The position numbers and the translations under genes were made by a program. Source: an uncultured Pirellulales bacterium (GTDB lineage: Bacteria > Planctomycetota > Phycisphaerae > Sedimentisphaerales > Anaerobacaceae). From it: a DNA stretch of 40,051 nt. Numbering within the stretch: the first letter of the stretch is position 1; each line of letters begins with the position of its first letter. Below are positions 1-11,672 of the stretch, one piece after another. The notes beneath the pieces were generated by a model, which made no database searches, was not told the DNA's origin, and saw nothing but the letters and a program-made list of their open reading frames with translations. The DNA lies in the NCBI GenBank assembly GCA_964597115.1, contig CAZQXE010000002.1, positions 1-40,051 of the forward strand, given 5' to 3'.

Positions 1-437
1 CTGCGGCGTTTCATATATTTGCGATAATCTTCCAGCTTGACGCAGAAGAACAGATACCTGTTCGCGTCGAAATCAAAGACGTCCCTGCCGTCGAAATCAA
101 CATCTATGTTTTCTATCTTATAGACAAAAACGAATATAGCCTCATGGCCTGAGCCGAAAATCTCCTGCCATCTCACGAGTCCATCGACATCCTCGGCTGT
201 GACCCAGCATTCGAAACCCGACAATTTGGCCAAGGTTGTCCCTTTGAATCTTCTGCCCTTTACTTCGGCGATTATTATTTGCCCGTTGCGCAGATGCAGC
301 AGGAAATCGAAGCTCTTTATCTCGGGATGGCCGAACTCGGCTGTTTTGTACTCGTCCACCGCGACATATTCGATGCGGTTGTCAATCAACCAGTTCTCGA
401 AGGCCCGCTCGTAATGATTTGGAAAAGTTTCCTTCAT
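1..437 (-). CDS. HYExAFE-motif protein with PD-(D/E)xK nuclease-like core (C-terminus cut by window edge)
   Basis: Absent from the ORF track because it runs off the window. The reverse-strand ATG at 437..435 opens a frame that stays open to position 1: MKETFPNHYERAFENWLIDNRIEYVAVDEYKTAEFGHPEIKSFDFLLHLRNGQIIIAEVKGRRFKG... It contains the literal HYERAFE motif, then D (in FDFLL) followed by E-V-K, the classic D...ExK nuclease-fold arrangement. Confidence 0.6.
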   Translation of the reverse strand, partial: MKETFPNHYERAFENWLIDNRIEYVAVDEYKTAEFGHPEIKSFDFLLHLRNGQIIIAEVKGRRFKGTTLAKLSGFECWVTAEDVDGLVRWQEIFGSGHEAIFVFVYKIENIDVDFDGRDVFDFDANRYLFFCVKLEDYRKYMKRR

Positions 438-514
438 TTTTGATTCGACTTTTCATCGTCGATTTCATAGAAAGATTCTCTTACTTGTCGATGCCCCCGC
501 TTGTAGGTGCAATC

Positions 515-2933
<2,419 letters not shown>

Positions 2934-2937
<4 letters not shown>

Positions 2938-3365
2938 TTCTTTCTCTTTTTCTTTTTCTTTGCGTTGCGTTTTTCGATTTTGTTGTTATCGAATTTGATC
3001 TTTATATACTCTTCCATTTGTTTATCGTCGATAAAGTGCAGCTCATAGTCGTATTCACCGTCAACGAAATCGCAGTCTGAATGTCGATATTCTCTGCAGA
3101 TTTTCGGCCTTTTATCGTAAATCCCGCAGCGGTTGTCTTTTTCAGAAAGATGTTTACACTTGTTTTTAATGTTAATGTACCAGTCGCCTTCCTCCACGAA
3201 GACCGTTATATCTTCATGGCACAGATACCACCTGATATCGTCATAGTCTCCTTTGTCTTCCGGCGTTTCGATAGGCAGGGCAAAATACCTGCAGCACAGT
3301 CCGGTGCACTTTTCACATTGACTCTTTTTGGCCATTACAGCAAACTCCAACACACACAACGTCAT
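2934..3365 (-). CDS. YkgJ-family (CxxCxxxCC) cysteine-cluster protein with lysine-rich C-terminal tail
   Basis: 143-aa ORF with CEKCTGLCC near the N-terminus and the distal CGIYDKRPKICREY block typical of the YkgJ/UPF0153 zinc/iron-chelating family. It ends KRNAKKKKKRKK. The stop overlaps the hisS start (ATGA at 2934..2937). An alternative start is the ATG at 3335 (MAKKSQ), which has GGAG upstream. Confidence 0.8.
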
Positions 3366-3470
3366 TATCCATCCGCTAAAGGCTATACAATATAAGCGAT
3401 TAGCCCCTTTCCGTCAAGAAAACGAATTTCCCTCCTACAATTCTTAGAACGATTATTTTCAAGTGTTGGT

Positions 3471-3498
3471 TTGCATTGGCCTTGAGAACCGGTATAAT
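3471..3498 (+). promoter_or_regulatory. Candidate sigma70-type promoter for the 3555 operon
   Basis: TTGCAT (3471..3476), 16-nt spacer, TATAAT (3493..3498), about 57 nt upstream of the 3555 start codon in a divergent intergenic region. Confidence 0.45.
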
Positions 3499-3554
3499 GT
3501 TCGGCAGGTTTGTTGAATGTGTTGAAATAGAGAACCAATATCGGGTTTGAGAGT

Positions 3555-4559
3555 ATGCTGGGATACAGAATACGATTTGTTGTGTTAATTATATCAGTCG
3601 TGTTATTAACTCAGTCGATTGTGCCGGCAGGTACGTGGCGTTTGGATGAGGGCAAGGACTGGGAAGCTCTCTATGCTGAGGGTGGAGATGAATTCCTGCT
3701 TGCAGTGGCTGAGATAAAAGAGCTGGTCAATACCGGTCAAACCAAGGCCGCTCGCAAGGCATTCGCTGCGCTCAAGGAAGATTTTCCTGAGATTGCAGGG
3801 CCTGATTTGGATCTTTTTATCAAAGCGGAGATGTACTTCTGCAAGGGTAAGCTTGCTAAAACGATCAGAACACACAATAAGCTGCTTACAGAACATCCTA
3901 AAAGCAGATTTCGTAGGGCAGCTCTGGAAAGGCAGTTTTCGATTGCGACGGCTTTTTTAAGCGGCAAGAAGAAGTTTGTGCTTGTTTTTATCAAAATGAA
4001 AAGATATGCCGAGGGCATCAAAATCATGGATAAGATTACCGAACGGGCCGGCATCGATACCCCGATCGGAGTAAATGCTGCCGTGGCGGTAGCGGAAAAT
4101 TATCAGACAAGAAAAAAGTATAACGATGCTTACCTCAAATGGTGGGAGGTATCATTGCAATATCAGGCGGGCCAGATTGGCAGGGATGCACTGCTTGGTA
4201 TGGCTCAGTGCAAACGGGCCGTATATAACCTGCACCCCGAGCCTGAAAGACCTTTCTATGATGCTTCATGCCTGAGTACCGCGAAAAGCTGTTATGAAAA
4301 ATTCAAATTGCTATATATAAAAGATGCCGAGGAAATAGGCGTTGATGAAATACTGAATGAGATAAATGAGCAACTGGGCTACAAACAGTATATCATTGGC
4401 CGTTATTACCTGAAAGTCGGAAACAAGCAGGCGTCTAACCTCTATTATAACATGGTAGTAAGCGATTGGCCGGGCACTAAAGCTGCGGATTTGGCAAAAG
4501 AAATGCTTACACAAAATGAAGATTTTACGAATAGTGATCAGGTGTCCTCTGAAGAATGA
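3555..4559 (+). CDS. Secreted TPR-like helical-repeat protein (BamD/YbgF-like fold, function uncertain)
   Basis: 334-aa ORF with a signal peptide (MLGYRIRFVVLIISVVLLTQSIVPAG) and no lipobox Cys. Helical-repeat composition (AEMYFCKGKLAKTIRTHNKLL, IGRYYLKVGNKQASNLYYNMV). The stop overlaps the next gene's start (ATGA at 4556..4559). Confidence 0.55.
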   Translation: MLGYRIRFVVLIISVVLLTQSIVPAGTWRLDEGKDWEALYAEGGDEFLLAVAEIKELVNTGQTKAARKAFAALKEDFPEIAGPDLDLFIKAEMYFCKGKLAKTIRTHNKLLTEHPKSRFRRAALERQFSIATAFLSGKKKFVLVFIKMKRYAEGIKIMDKITERAGIDTPIGVNAAVAVAENYQTRKKYNDAYLKWWEVSLQYQAGQIGRDALLGMAQCKRAVYNLHPEPERPFYDASCLSTAKSCYEKFKLLYIKDAEEIGVDEILNEINEQLGYKQYIIGRYYLKVGNKQASNLYYNMVVSDWPGTKAADLAKEMLTQNEDFTNSDQVSSEE

Positions 4560-5110
4560 AAGAAGCAATCTTCAAAAATCGGTACTATAGTCACAAATTT
4601 CCGGATTCGCTTGTCCTCTTATACTCTTGTGCTTTTTGTATGTGCCTGTGTGGATGTGCCGCAATGCGTGGCTATTCCAACGAATCGTTGTTTCCGGAAG
4701 ATGTCAGAAGTGTCTGTTTGAAAATGTTCGACAACCAAACCTTTCGGCGGGGTGTGGAGTATGAGCTCTCCGACGCTCTGGCCAAGCGTATCGAGGCGCA
4801 TACTCCCTACAAGATAGTTTCCAATCCCGACCGTGCCGATACTGTGATAAGCGGTCAAATAGTCTCTTTGGGTGAACGGCCGCTTAGTACCGAGCGTGAA
4901 ACCGGCATGGTCATGGAAAGGCAATTGGAGCTGCAGGCAGTGGTTAACTGGAAAAATCTCAAGACGGGTCAATTGCTGATAGATAACCAATCCGTTAGTG
5001 CCTCAGCGAGCTATTCCGACTTCCAGATGCAGGAATTCAAGTATGTGTCAACTCTCGCTGCAAACAATCTGGCCCAAAAAATCGTAGAATTGATGGAAAA
5101 TAAATGGTAG
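4556..5110 (+). CDS. LptE-like outer-membrane lipoprotein (putative)
   Basis: 184-aa ORF with a lipobox-like LCGCA. Its size and pattern (VCLKMFDNQTFRRGVEYELSDALAKRI...ADTVISGQIVSL...LELQAVVNWKNLKTGQLL) resemble the LptE family (PF04390). Assigned by eye only. Confidence 0.5.
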   Translation: MKEAIFKNRYYSHKFPDSLVLLYSCAFCMCLCGCAAMRGYSNESLFPEDVRSVCLKMFDNQTFRRGVEYELSDALAKRIEAHTPYKIVSNPDRADTVISGQIVSLGERPLSTERETGMVMERQLELQAVVNWKNLKTGQLLIDNQSVSASASYSDFQMQEFKYVSTLAANNLAQKIVELMENKW

Positions 5111-5147
5111 AATAGTGAGTTTAATCACGGAACAGTGAACACTAATT

Positions 5148-7151
5148 ATGGATGACGACCAAAACAAAAAGCCGAACATGCAACGTCAAGGACCGCAAAA
5201 CAGGCCGGGCAAAAAGCCACCGCTTCCCCGCTATAGGCGAGGGCCCTTTAGTTACCTCATAATTGCAATTGTAGTATTCACAGCGATGATGATGTGGCAA
5301 CAGTCGCAGAAGGTGGATAAAATCAGTTTTGATGAATTTGTCGGGTGTATCGAGAAAGGGCAGATCAAGAGTGCTACTGTAAAGGACACAGAAGTAACAG
5401 GCCAGTTCACTCAGGATTATCTTGACAGCCAGCAGGACAATAACAAGAAGTCTTTTGTAGTTCATTTCAATCCGTCCGTGCATGGTGAGTGGCTTGGGCA
5501 GTTGTTAAAGGAAAATAAAATAAGTCATGAGTCTGCGCCGCAGCATATCTGGCTCATTATGTTGATGCAGTGGATTCTGCCGTTACTTTTATTAATTGGA
5601 TTTTTTTACTTTTTCTTTGCCAGAAATCTTCGCAGCGGGGCCGGCGGGATGCTGATGTCGTTCGGTCGAAGCAAACATCGGCTGCAGGGAAAAGACCGCG
5701 CCAATGTAACATTTGAGGACGTGGCCGGTGTGGAGGAAGCAAAAGAAGAAGTAGCTGAGATAATCGAGTTCTTGAAAAATCCGAAAAAATTCCAACGCCT
5801 GGGAGGCCGTATCCCGCGCGGTGTTTTGCTTATAGGCCCGCCGGGCTGTGGAAAGACCTTGCTCGCGAAAGCCATAGCAGGCCAGGCCGATGTACCGTTC
5901 TTTAGTATATCCGGCAGCGATTTCGTAGAGATGTTCGTCGGAGTCGGCGCATCGCGTGTGCGTGATTTGTTCAAGCAGGCAAAAGAGAATTCACCCTGTA
6001 TCATCTTCCTTGACGAAGTCGATGCAATCGGGCGAAAACGTGGTGCCGGTTTTGTTGGTGGCGGACATGACGAACGCGAACAAACGCTAAATGCAATCCT
6101 GGTCGAGATGGACGGTTTTGATACCAACGACCAGGTGATTGTAATTGCTGCGACAAACCGTGCCGATATTTTAGACCATGCGCTCACACGCCCGGGGCGA
6201 TTCGACAGGCAAATTTTTGTGGGGCTGCCTGATTTAAAAGGTCGGGTGGATATTCTGAAAGTACACGCCAAGAAAGTAAAATTAGGCCCCGATGCCAATC
6301 TTGAAAGACTGGCGCGCGGCACGCCAATGTTCAGCGGTGCAGACCTGGCGGCGATTATTAACGAAGCCGCCCTGGCGGCAACGATGACCAATAAAGACTA
6401 TATCGAAATGGCCGACCTGGAAGAAGCGCGGGACAAGGTCCGGTGGGGAAGAGCGAAAAAGAGCAGGGTCATTGACCAGAAGGAAAAGGAAATTACCGCC
6501 TATCACGAGGCCGGCCACACGCTCGTGCAATCCCTGCTGAAAGATGCCGATCCTCTGCACAAGGTGAGTATCATCCCTCGCGGGCCTATGGGTGGGGCTA
6601 CGTTTGCACTGCCGGAAAAAGACCGAACCATATTCACAAGAAGATATTGCATGGCGCTTTTGCAGGTATGTTTCAGCGGCCGCATTGCGGAAGAGATATT
6701 TTGTGATGATATTTCCAGTGGCGCACAAAATGATATTCAACAGGCAACCAATATCGCAAAGCAGATGGTTTTGACCTGGGGTATGAGCGACGAGCTTGGT
6801 CTTATCAGCTATGGGCCGGATCTTGCGACCAAGGAAGCCATGTACATTATGCCAGGCGAGAAGGAGTATTCGGAAAGAACAGCGGAATCGATTGATAGCG
6901 AGGTAAAAAAGATTACAAACGAGGCGTATGAGAAGGCAAAACAATTGGCAGAGGCAAACAAAGACAAACTCGATCGAATAGCTAAAGCCCTGCTCAAATA
7001 TGAAACTCTCGACGCCGACGATGTGGAACTGATTTTAGAAGGCGGTCAGTTGAACAAGCCCACAGTTGCTGATTTATTAGCCGCCGAGCAAGCCAAGAAC
7101 AACGAGCATAAACCTGAGCCTGAAAAGCAACAGGAACAATCGGCCGGCTGA
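5148..7151 (+). CDS. ftsH: ATP-dependent zinc metalloprotease FtsH
   Basis: 667 aa with Walker A GPPGCGKT, Walker [10 protein letters not shown], second region of homology [19 protein letters not shown] and zinc motif HEAGH. Two TM segments flank a periplasmic domain, and there is a long basic N-terminal extension. Confidence 0.97.
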   Translation: MDDDQNKKPNMQRQGPQNRPGKKPPLPRYRRGPFSYLIIAIVVFTAMMMWQQSQKVDKISFDEFVGCIEKGQIKSATVKDTEVTGQFTQDYLDSQQDNNKKSFVVHFNPSVHGEWLGQLLKENKISHESAPQHIWLIMLMQWILPLLLLIGFFYFFFARNLRSGAGGMLMSFGRSKHRLQGKDRANVTFEDVAGVEEAKEEVAEIIEFLKNPKKFQRLGGRIPRGVLLIGPPGCGKTLLAKAIAGQADVPFFSISGSDFVEMFVGVGASRVRDLFKQAKENSPCIIFLDEVDAIGRKRGAGFVGGGHDEREQTLNAILVEMDGFDTNDQVIVIAATNRADILDHALTRPGRFDRQIFVGLPDLKGRVDILKVHAKKVKLGPDANLERLARGTPMFSGADLAAIINEAALAATMTNKDYIEMADLEEARDKVRWGRAKKSRVIDQKEKEITAYHEAGHTLVQSLLKDADPLHKVSIIPRGPMGGATFALPEKDRTIFTRRYCMALLQVCFSGRIAEEIFCDDISSGAQNDIQQATNIAKQMVLTWGMSDELGLISYGPDLATKEAMYIMPGEKEYSERTAESIDSEVKKITNEAYEKAKQLAEANKDKLDRIAKALLKYETLDADDVELILEGGQLNKPTVADLLAAEQAKNNEHKPEPEKQQEQSAG

Positions 7152-7185
7152 TATTATTTCTATTCCAAATTATCATCGGACTTTT

Positions 7186-9066
7186 ATGTGGGAAAGAACT
7201 ACTCCAAAATCGAAATATACCCATGTTGCCTGTGCATTGTGGCTGGTCTGCGTTTTCGCAGCTATCTGTTGTGCCTCGGGTGAAAATCCGGATGGACAAG
7301 GTTCGACAGTTACCGCCGATGTTACCGACAGCGTTGAGCTTGTAAGGTACAAGGATGAATTCTCATCTGTACGTTTCGAGCCTGCTCGCATGGGCCAGCA
7401 AGTCGGTGTGGCGTTCATATTCACAGGAACCCATGACCTACACTACTACGCACGTGCAGAAACAGCGCCCGCTCCCGGACTTGAACTGAGGGTTGAAGCA
7501 AAATCCAATGATTTTTATTTTGACAATGCGGTCTTTCCGAAATGGGAGATTTTCACCGATCCTGTCGGAAAAAAAGTCGAAGTATTCGCCGGCGATTTTA
7601 CCGTCTTTGTACCCATCACAGCAGTCAAAGTTCCGACCTTCACTAATGTAATCGATAAAAGCGATGTCGAGGTCAAAATCTCCGGCATTACATGTACCAG
7701 CAAAATATGCCTTTCGCCATTCGAAAAAATACTGCCAACAAAAATTTATTGGAGCATGCGCGATTCGTGGAATGAGATTGATCTTGAATCCGTAAGCGAT
7801 GCAAACATGGCGGTTGAAGAAATAGAATCCGGTAGTGATTTTGATGTTATGCCTGAAGTGGCAGAGGAACCGAGTTACTCGACCTGGTTTGCTCTAACTT
7901 TGGCCTTTGTTGCGGGCTTGGCATTAAACATTATGCCGTGTGTTTGGCCGGTCCTGCCTCTTATTATCATGCGCATCGTCGACCAGGCGAAGGCGGGCAA
8001 AAGGCAATCCGTAATGATGGGCCTGACCTTTTGCATTGGGGTATTGCTGTTCTTCGCATGCCTCGCCGGCGCCAACATTATCCTGCAAAGCTTCTACGAC
8101 AGAACCTTAAGCTGGGGCGACCACTTGCGGAATCCTGCTATCGTGACAGCCCTGGCCCTGCTGATAATCGTCATGGCTCTTTTTATGTTTGGCATTTTCA
8201 CAATTACCGTCCCGGCTTCGATAGCGAGTAAATCCGGCTCGGGCAAAGGCTATGCCGGCTCCGTTGGTATGGGCTTTTTGGCGGCAATCCTGAGTACGCC
8301 GTGCAGTTTCGGAATTCTGACGGTCGCGTTCGTCTGGGCACAGGGTCAGTCCCTGTTTCTGGGTACGCTGGCTATCATGATGATCGGACTCGGTATGGCT
8401 GCACCCTATGCGATCCTGACCTCTGTGCCGGGATGGTTAAAGCGCCTGCCCCGGGGGGGACGCTGGATGGAGCTGTTCAAGCAGGCACTTGGCTTTTTGT
8501 TGCTCATCATCGCCGTCAAATTGATCAAGGCGGTCCCTGATGCAGGTAAAATCAACCTGTTATATTTTGCGATCATCCTGAGCTTCTGCATCTGGATTTG
8601 GGCCGTCTGGGTTCCTTTCGGCACGAAACTCTCCCGCAAATTGTTGGTTCGAGGCATCGCGGTGCTTTTAGCGGTCTTGGCCTTTTGGTTCTTTTTCAAG
8701 CCCGAGCTTGTAAACTGGCAGGACTACGACCCGGCCCTGATTAAATCTGCAAAATCGGAGCAGAAGCCGGTCTTGATCAAATTCACTGCGGACTGGTGCA
8801 CCAACTGCGAGATCGTGGACAAGTTCGTTTACCAGCGTAAAGATATCGCCAGACTCATCGACAAGAAAGACGTTTTGGCAATCAAGGGGGACACCACGAA
8901 GGCCAGTCAGCCCGCCACACTCGACTTGAGGAACATTTACAAAGAGCCCGGAGTACCGGTCACCATGCTGTTTCTGCCCGGCGAAACCGAACCGGTGCGT
9001 CTGCGTGAGTTGTTCTTTGACGATGAATTGAGAGAGCTGCTGGAAAAGTTACCCGATAAGAATTGA
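7186..9066 (+). CDS. DsbD-like thiol:disulfide interchange protein (three-domain)
   Basis: 626 aa with a signal peptide and an N-terminal periplasmic domain carrying the CTSKIC pair. The DsbD/CcdA-type TM core has conserved Cys in NIMPCVWPVLPL and LSTPCSFGIL. The C-terminal thioredoxin fold has WCTNC. Confidence 0.85.
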   Translation: MWERTTPKSKYTHVACALWLVCVFAAICCASGENPDGQGSTVTADVTDSVELVRYKDEFSSVRFEPARMGQQVGVAFIFTGTHDLHYYARAETAPAPGLELRVEAKSNDFYFDNAVFPKWEIFTDPVGKKVEVFAGDFTVFVPITAVKVPTFTNVIDKSDVEVKISGITCTSKICLSPFEKILPTKIYWSMRDSWNEIDLESVSDANMAVEEIESGSDFDVMPEVAEEPSYSTWFALTLAFVAGLALNIMPCVWPVLPLIIMRIVDQAKAGKRQSVMMGLTFCIGVLLFFACLAGANIILQSFYDRTLSWGDHLRNPAIVTALALLIIVMALFMFGIFTITVPASIASKSGSGKGYAGSVGMGFLAAILSTPCSFGILTVAFVWAQGQSLFLGTLAIMMIGLGMAAPYAILTSVPGWLKRLPRGGRWMELFKQALGFLLLIIAVKLIKAVPDAGKINLLYFAIILSFCIWIWAVWVPFGTKLSRKLLVRGIAVLLAVLAFWFFFKPELVNWQDYDPALIKSAKSEQKPVLIKFTADWCTNCEIVDKFVYQRKDIARLIDKKDVLAIKGDTTKASQPATLDLRNIYKEPGVPVTMLFLPGETEPVRLRELFFDDELRELLEKLPDKN

Positions 9067-9099
9067 CCGGCATTTTGGATTCATGGGGACCTAAAAGAA

Positions 9100-9774
9100 T
9101 TGGCGAAGCGAAAGAAGATAAAAGTCGATAGAGAACAGGCCCGGGAGCGAATCAGGAAGATGTGGCCCATACTGAAAAAGACATACCCTGATGCGAAAAT
9201 AGCACTTAGATTTGTAAATCCACTGGAACTGTTGATTGCAACGATTCTGTCGGCGCAGTGTACGGATGTGCGAGTCAATATGGTGACTAAGGATTTATTC
9301 AGGAAATACAAATCCGCCAAAGATTGGACGAAAGCTGATATTAAACAGATCGAATCGGACATTCGAAGCACAGGTTTTTTCCGTAACAAGGCCCTCAATA
9401 TTAAGGGGGCTTGCACCAGGATTATCGAGCAGTACAACGGCAAAGTTCCCGGAAGTATGGAAGAGCTTTTAACATTGCCGGGCGTGGGGCGAAAGACGGC
9501 CAACTGCGTGCTGGGTGATGCCTTTGGAATCCCCGGAATCACCTGTGATACGCACGTAATTCGTCTGTCGCGTCGATTAGGGCTTTCCGAAAACGCAGAT
9601 CCAGTTAAGTTGGAATTTGATTTGGCCGAAATAATTCCTAAGGCCAATTGGACGTTATTTAGCCATGTATTGATTCATCATGGCCGAAATATTTGTAAGG
9701 CTCGTAAACCGGATTGTCAGAATTGCCCAATTGCGAAACACTGCCCTTCGGCAAATAATCCGGATTTATGGTAA
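9100..9774 (+). CDS. nth: Endonuclease III (DNA glycosylase/AP lyase)
   Basis: 224 aa from a TTG start. ELLIATILSAQCTD, HhH-GPD element LPGVGRKTANCVL, catalytic-region DTHV, and the 4Fe-4S cluster loop CKARKPDCQNCPIAKHC. Confidence 0.93.
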   Translation: MAKRKKIKVDREQARERIRKMWPILKKTYPDAKIALRFVNPLELLIATILSAQCTDVRVNMVTKDLFRKYKSAKDWTKADIKQIESDIRSTGFFRNKALNIKGACTRIIEQYNGKVPGSMEELLTLPGVGRKTANCVLGDAFGIPGITCDTHVIRLSRRLGLSENADPVKLEFDLAEIIPKANWTLFSHVLIHHGRNICKARKPDCQNCPIAKHCPSANNPDLW

Positions 9775-9813
9775 AATTCGAGTCGTATTCTCAGTGAGAA
9801 GTTGAATATTTAG

Positions 9814-9836
9814 CCTGCGGTTTAACCGCAGGTTTT
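9814..9836 (+). terminator. Rho-independent terminator downstream of nth
   Basis: Perfect hairpin CCTGCGG-TTTAA-CCGCAGG (7-bp GC-rich stem, 5-nt loop) followed directly by TTTT, 40 nt after the nth stop. Confidence 0.65.
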
Positions 9837-9863
9837 AAACTAAATCTAAAGGGGATTTTTTTT

Positions 9864-10553
9864 ATGATTGAGATGCTTGACAGTCCCGTAAAAGACCTGT
9901 GGCGGATATTCAGAGTAATGGCTGAGTTTGTGGAGGGATTTGACGAACTTGCCTCAGTCGGTCCCGCCGTTTCTATTTTCGGCTCAGCTCGTTCCGGGCC
10001 GAGTGATAAATATTACAAGCTTGCCGAACAAACTGCTTCGGAACTTGCAAAGGCTGGTTTTGCGATAATAACCGGCGGCGGAAGCGGGGTTATGGAGGCA
10101 GCGAATAAAGGCGCTGCTGCAGCGGGAGGTAAGAGCATCGGCCTGAATATCGAGTTGCCGTTGGAACAGCTTCCGAACGATTTCCAGAATGTGTCACTGA
10201 ACTTCAGGTACTTCTTCGTTCGTAAAGTCATGTTCCTTAAATACGCTCACGGCTTTATTGTCTTTCCCGGTGGCTATGGAACTATGGATGAATTTTTCGA
10301 GTCACTCGTGCTGATTCAGACATTAAAGCAGGCATCTTTCCCCGTAGTTTTGATGGGCAGCGAATACTGGGACGGCCTGGTTAAGTGGATTAAGCAGAAG
10401 ATGCTCAAAGAGCACGAGTATATTTCCCCTGAAGATTTACACGACTTTACGGTGCTGGACGACCCAAAGGAAGCCGCTAAAATCATCACCGACTTCAAGG
10501 AATCCGAAGGGCGGGTAGGAATAGAACTACCTCCGGGGATGAAAAAATTCTAA
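9864..10553 (+). CDS. LOG-family (TIGR00730) protein, putative nucleotide 5'-monophosphate nucleosidase
   Basis: 229 aa with GGGSGVMEAANKGA and the PGGYGTMDEFFE (PGGxGTxxE) signature of LOG/lysine-decarboxylase-like proteins. Confidence 0.9.
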   Translation: MIEMLDSPVKDLWRIFRVMAEFVEGFDELASVGPAVSIFGSARSGPSDKYYKLAEQTASELAKAGFAIITGGGSGVMEAANKGAAAAGGKSIGLNIELPLEQLPNDFQNVSLNFRYFFVRKVMFLKYAHGFIVFPGGYGTMDEFFESLVLIQTLKQASFPVVLMGSEYWDGLVKWIKQKMLKEHEYISPEDLHDFTVLDDPKEAAKIITDFKESEGRVGIELPPGMKKF

Positions 10554-10678
10554 GCCGTACATATTATCTCGTCATTTTTTTGCCAATCCCACGGATGGAT
10601 CGACTAAAAAGACTCTCGCGGCTATGCCTTCTGTATTCAACGTGCAAATAAATTGCAGGGCTAAATTACACGGCGACC

Positions 10679-10707
10679 TTGCAAATAGGGCATATTTTTG
10701 GTATAAT
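10679..10707 (+). promoter_or_regulatory. Candidate sigma70-type promoter for the H-X9-DG pseudopilin gene
   Basis: TTGCAA (10679..10684), 17-nt spacer ending in TGG, TATAAT (10702..10707). This would give a 5' UTR of roughly 115 nt. Confidence 0.45.
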
Positions 10708-10828
10708 GTATTTTAGTGAAAATTTGGTTACGCAATATGAAATTGGGGAATATTTACTGAACAATTATTTTCTCTAACGCATCTTATAACATAGAAGCAA
10801 AATAATCGCAGAAAGCGTAAGTATTGTC

Positions 10829-11635
10829 ATGAATAAGCGAAGAAAATTTAATCCATTTGATAACTTGCCCTCAAGGGGGAAGAAACATGTAACAGCTTTT
10901 ACATTAATAGAGCTGCTGGTGGTAATAGCGATAATCGCACTGCTGATGGGGATATTAATGCCGGCACTACAGAAGGTCAGAGAGCAGGGCAAACGTACGG
11001 TGTGTCTGAGCAATCTAAAGCAGCTAACGCTCGCGTGGATTTTATATGCACAGGATAATGACGGCAAAATCGTAAACAGTGATGTAGATTTCCCCGGCAC
11101 TCTGCAGATAGATACCTGGTGGGTGCACTGGCCTGATGATGGCCATGATAGTACCATTGTGGAATGGGAAGATGCTATTCGACTTGGACAGTTGTGGCCG
11201 TATTGTAAAACTCTGAAACTTTACAAATGTCCGAACAGTGGCCACAAGAGGAGATTAACTTACACCATAGTTGATTCGATGAACGGTTATTGCGGCTGGG
11301 ATAACTATACACCGGATTTGAAAATTACGAATATAAACGACATTAAAAGATCATCCGCAAGGATGGTTTTTCTCGGCGAAGACCCGGTGACTCCGGGTAC
11401 ATGGGGAGTTTTATATTCGGAGGAGGCATGGTATGATCCTCCGCCGAAGCTGCACAGCAAGGGAACGACATTCGGTTTCGCAGATGGACACAGCGAATAC
11501 TGGAAATGGAACGACCCACGAACTCCGGAGACTACCTGGGATGATCGTAATGTTCCCCAGCCGGGCAATGAAGATTTGCACAAAGTTCAACGTGCTGTCT
11601 GGGGTGGGTTGGGATACAAGGCTGGTAGCCTTTAA
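10829..11635 (+). CDS. Prepilin-type N-terminal cleavage/methylation domain protein with C-terminal H-X9-DG motif (DUF1559-like)
   Basis: 268 aa. The N-terminus ...[30 protein letters not shown] is a type IV pilin-like leader plus hydrophobic helix with Glu at +5. The C-terminal [14 protein letters not shown] has exactly H, 9 residues, then DG. Confidence 0.9.
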   Translation: MNKRRKFNPFDNLPSRGKKHVTAFTLIELLVVIAIIALLMGILMPALQKVREQGKRTVCLSNLKQLTLAWILYAQDNDGKIVNSDVDFPGTLQIDTWWVHWPDDGHDSTIVEWEDAIRLGQLWPYCKTLKLYKCPNSGHKRRLTYTIVDSMNGYCGWDNYTPDLKITNINDIKRSSARMVFLGEDPVTPGTWGVLYSEEAWYDPPPKLHSKGTTFGFADGHSEYWKWNDPRTPETTWDDRNVPQPGNEDLHKVQRAVWGGLGYKAGSL

Positions 11636-11672
11636 AAATAAAAAATGATTTAAAGCTACTCATCCTATGACA

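Noticed and set aside
199-414. 71-aa plus-strand ORF from the track
   Set aside because: It lies antisense to the longer, edge-truncated HYExAFE-motif frame, which has a coherent domain signature. The 71-aa product is featureless.
5606-6944. Long minus-strand ORFs (261 aa at 5606..6391; 220 aa at 6282..6944) inside ftsH
   Set aside because: They lie antisense to an unambiguous FtsH frame. Their translations are low-complexity and Arg/Ser/Pro/Ala-rich, which is typical of shadow ORFs in GC-richer coding DNA. No start context or motif supports them.
9081-9647. 188-aa minus-strand ORF covering nth
   Set aside because: It lies antisense to the endonuclease III frame, which carries the HhH and Fe-S motifs. 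It is a shadow ORF.
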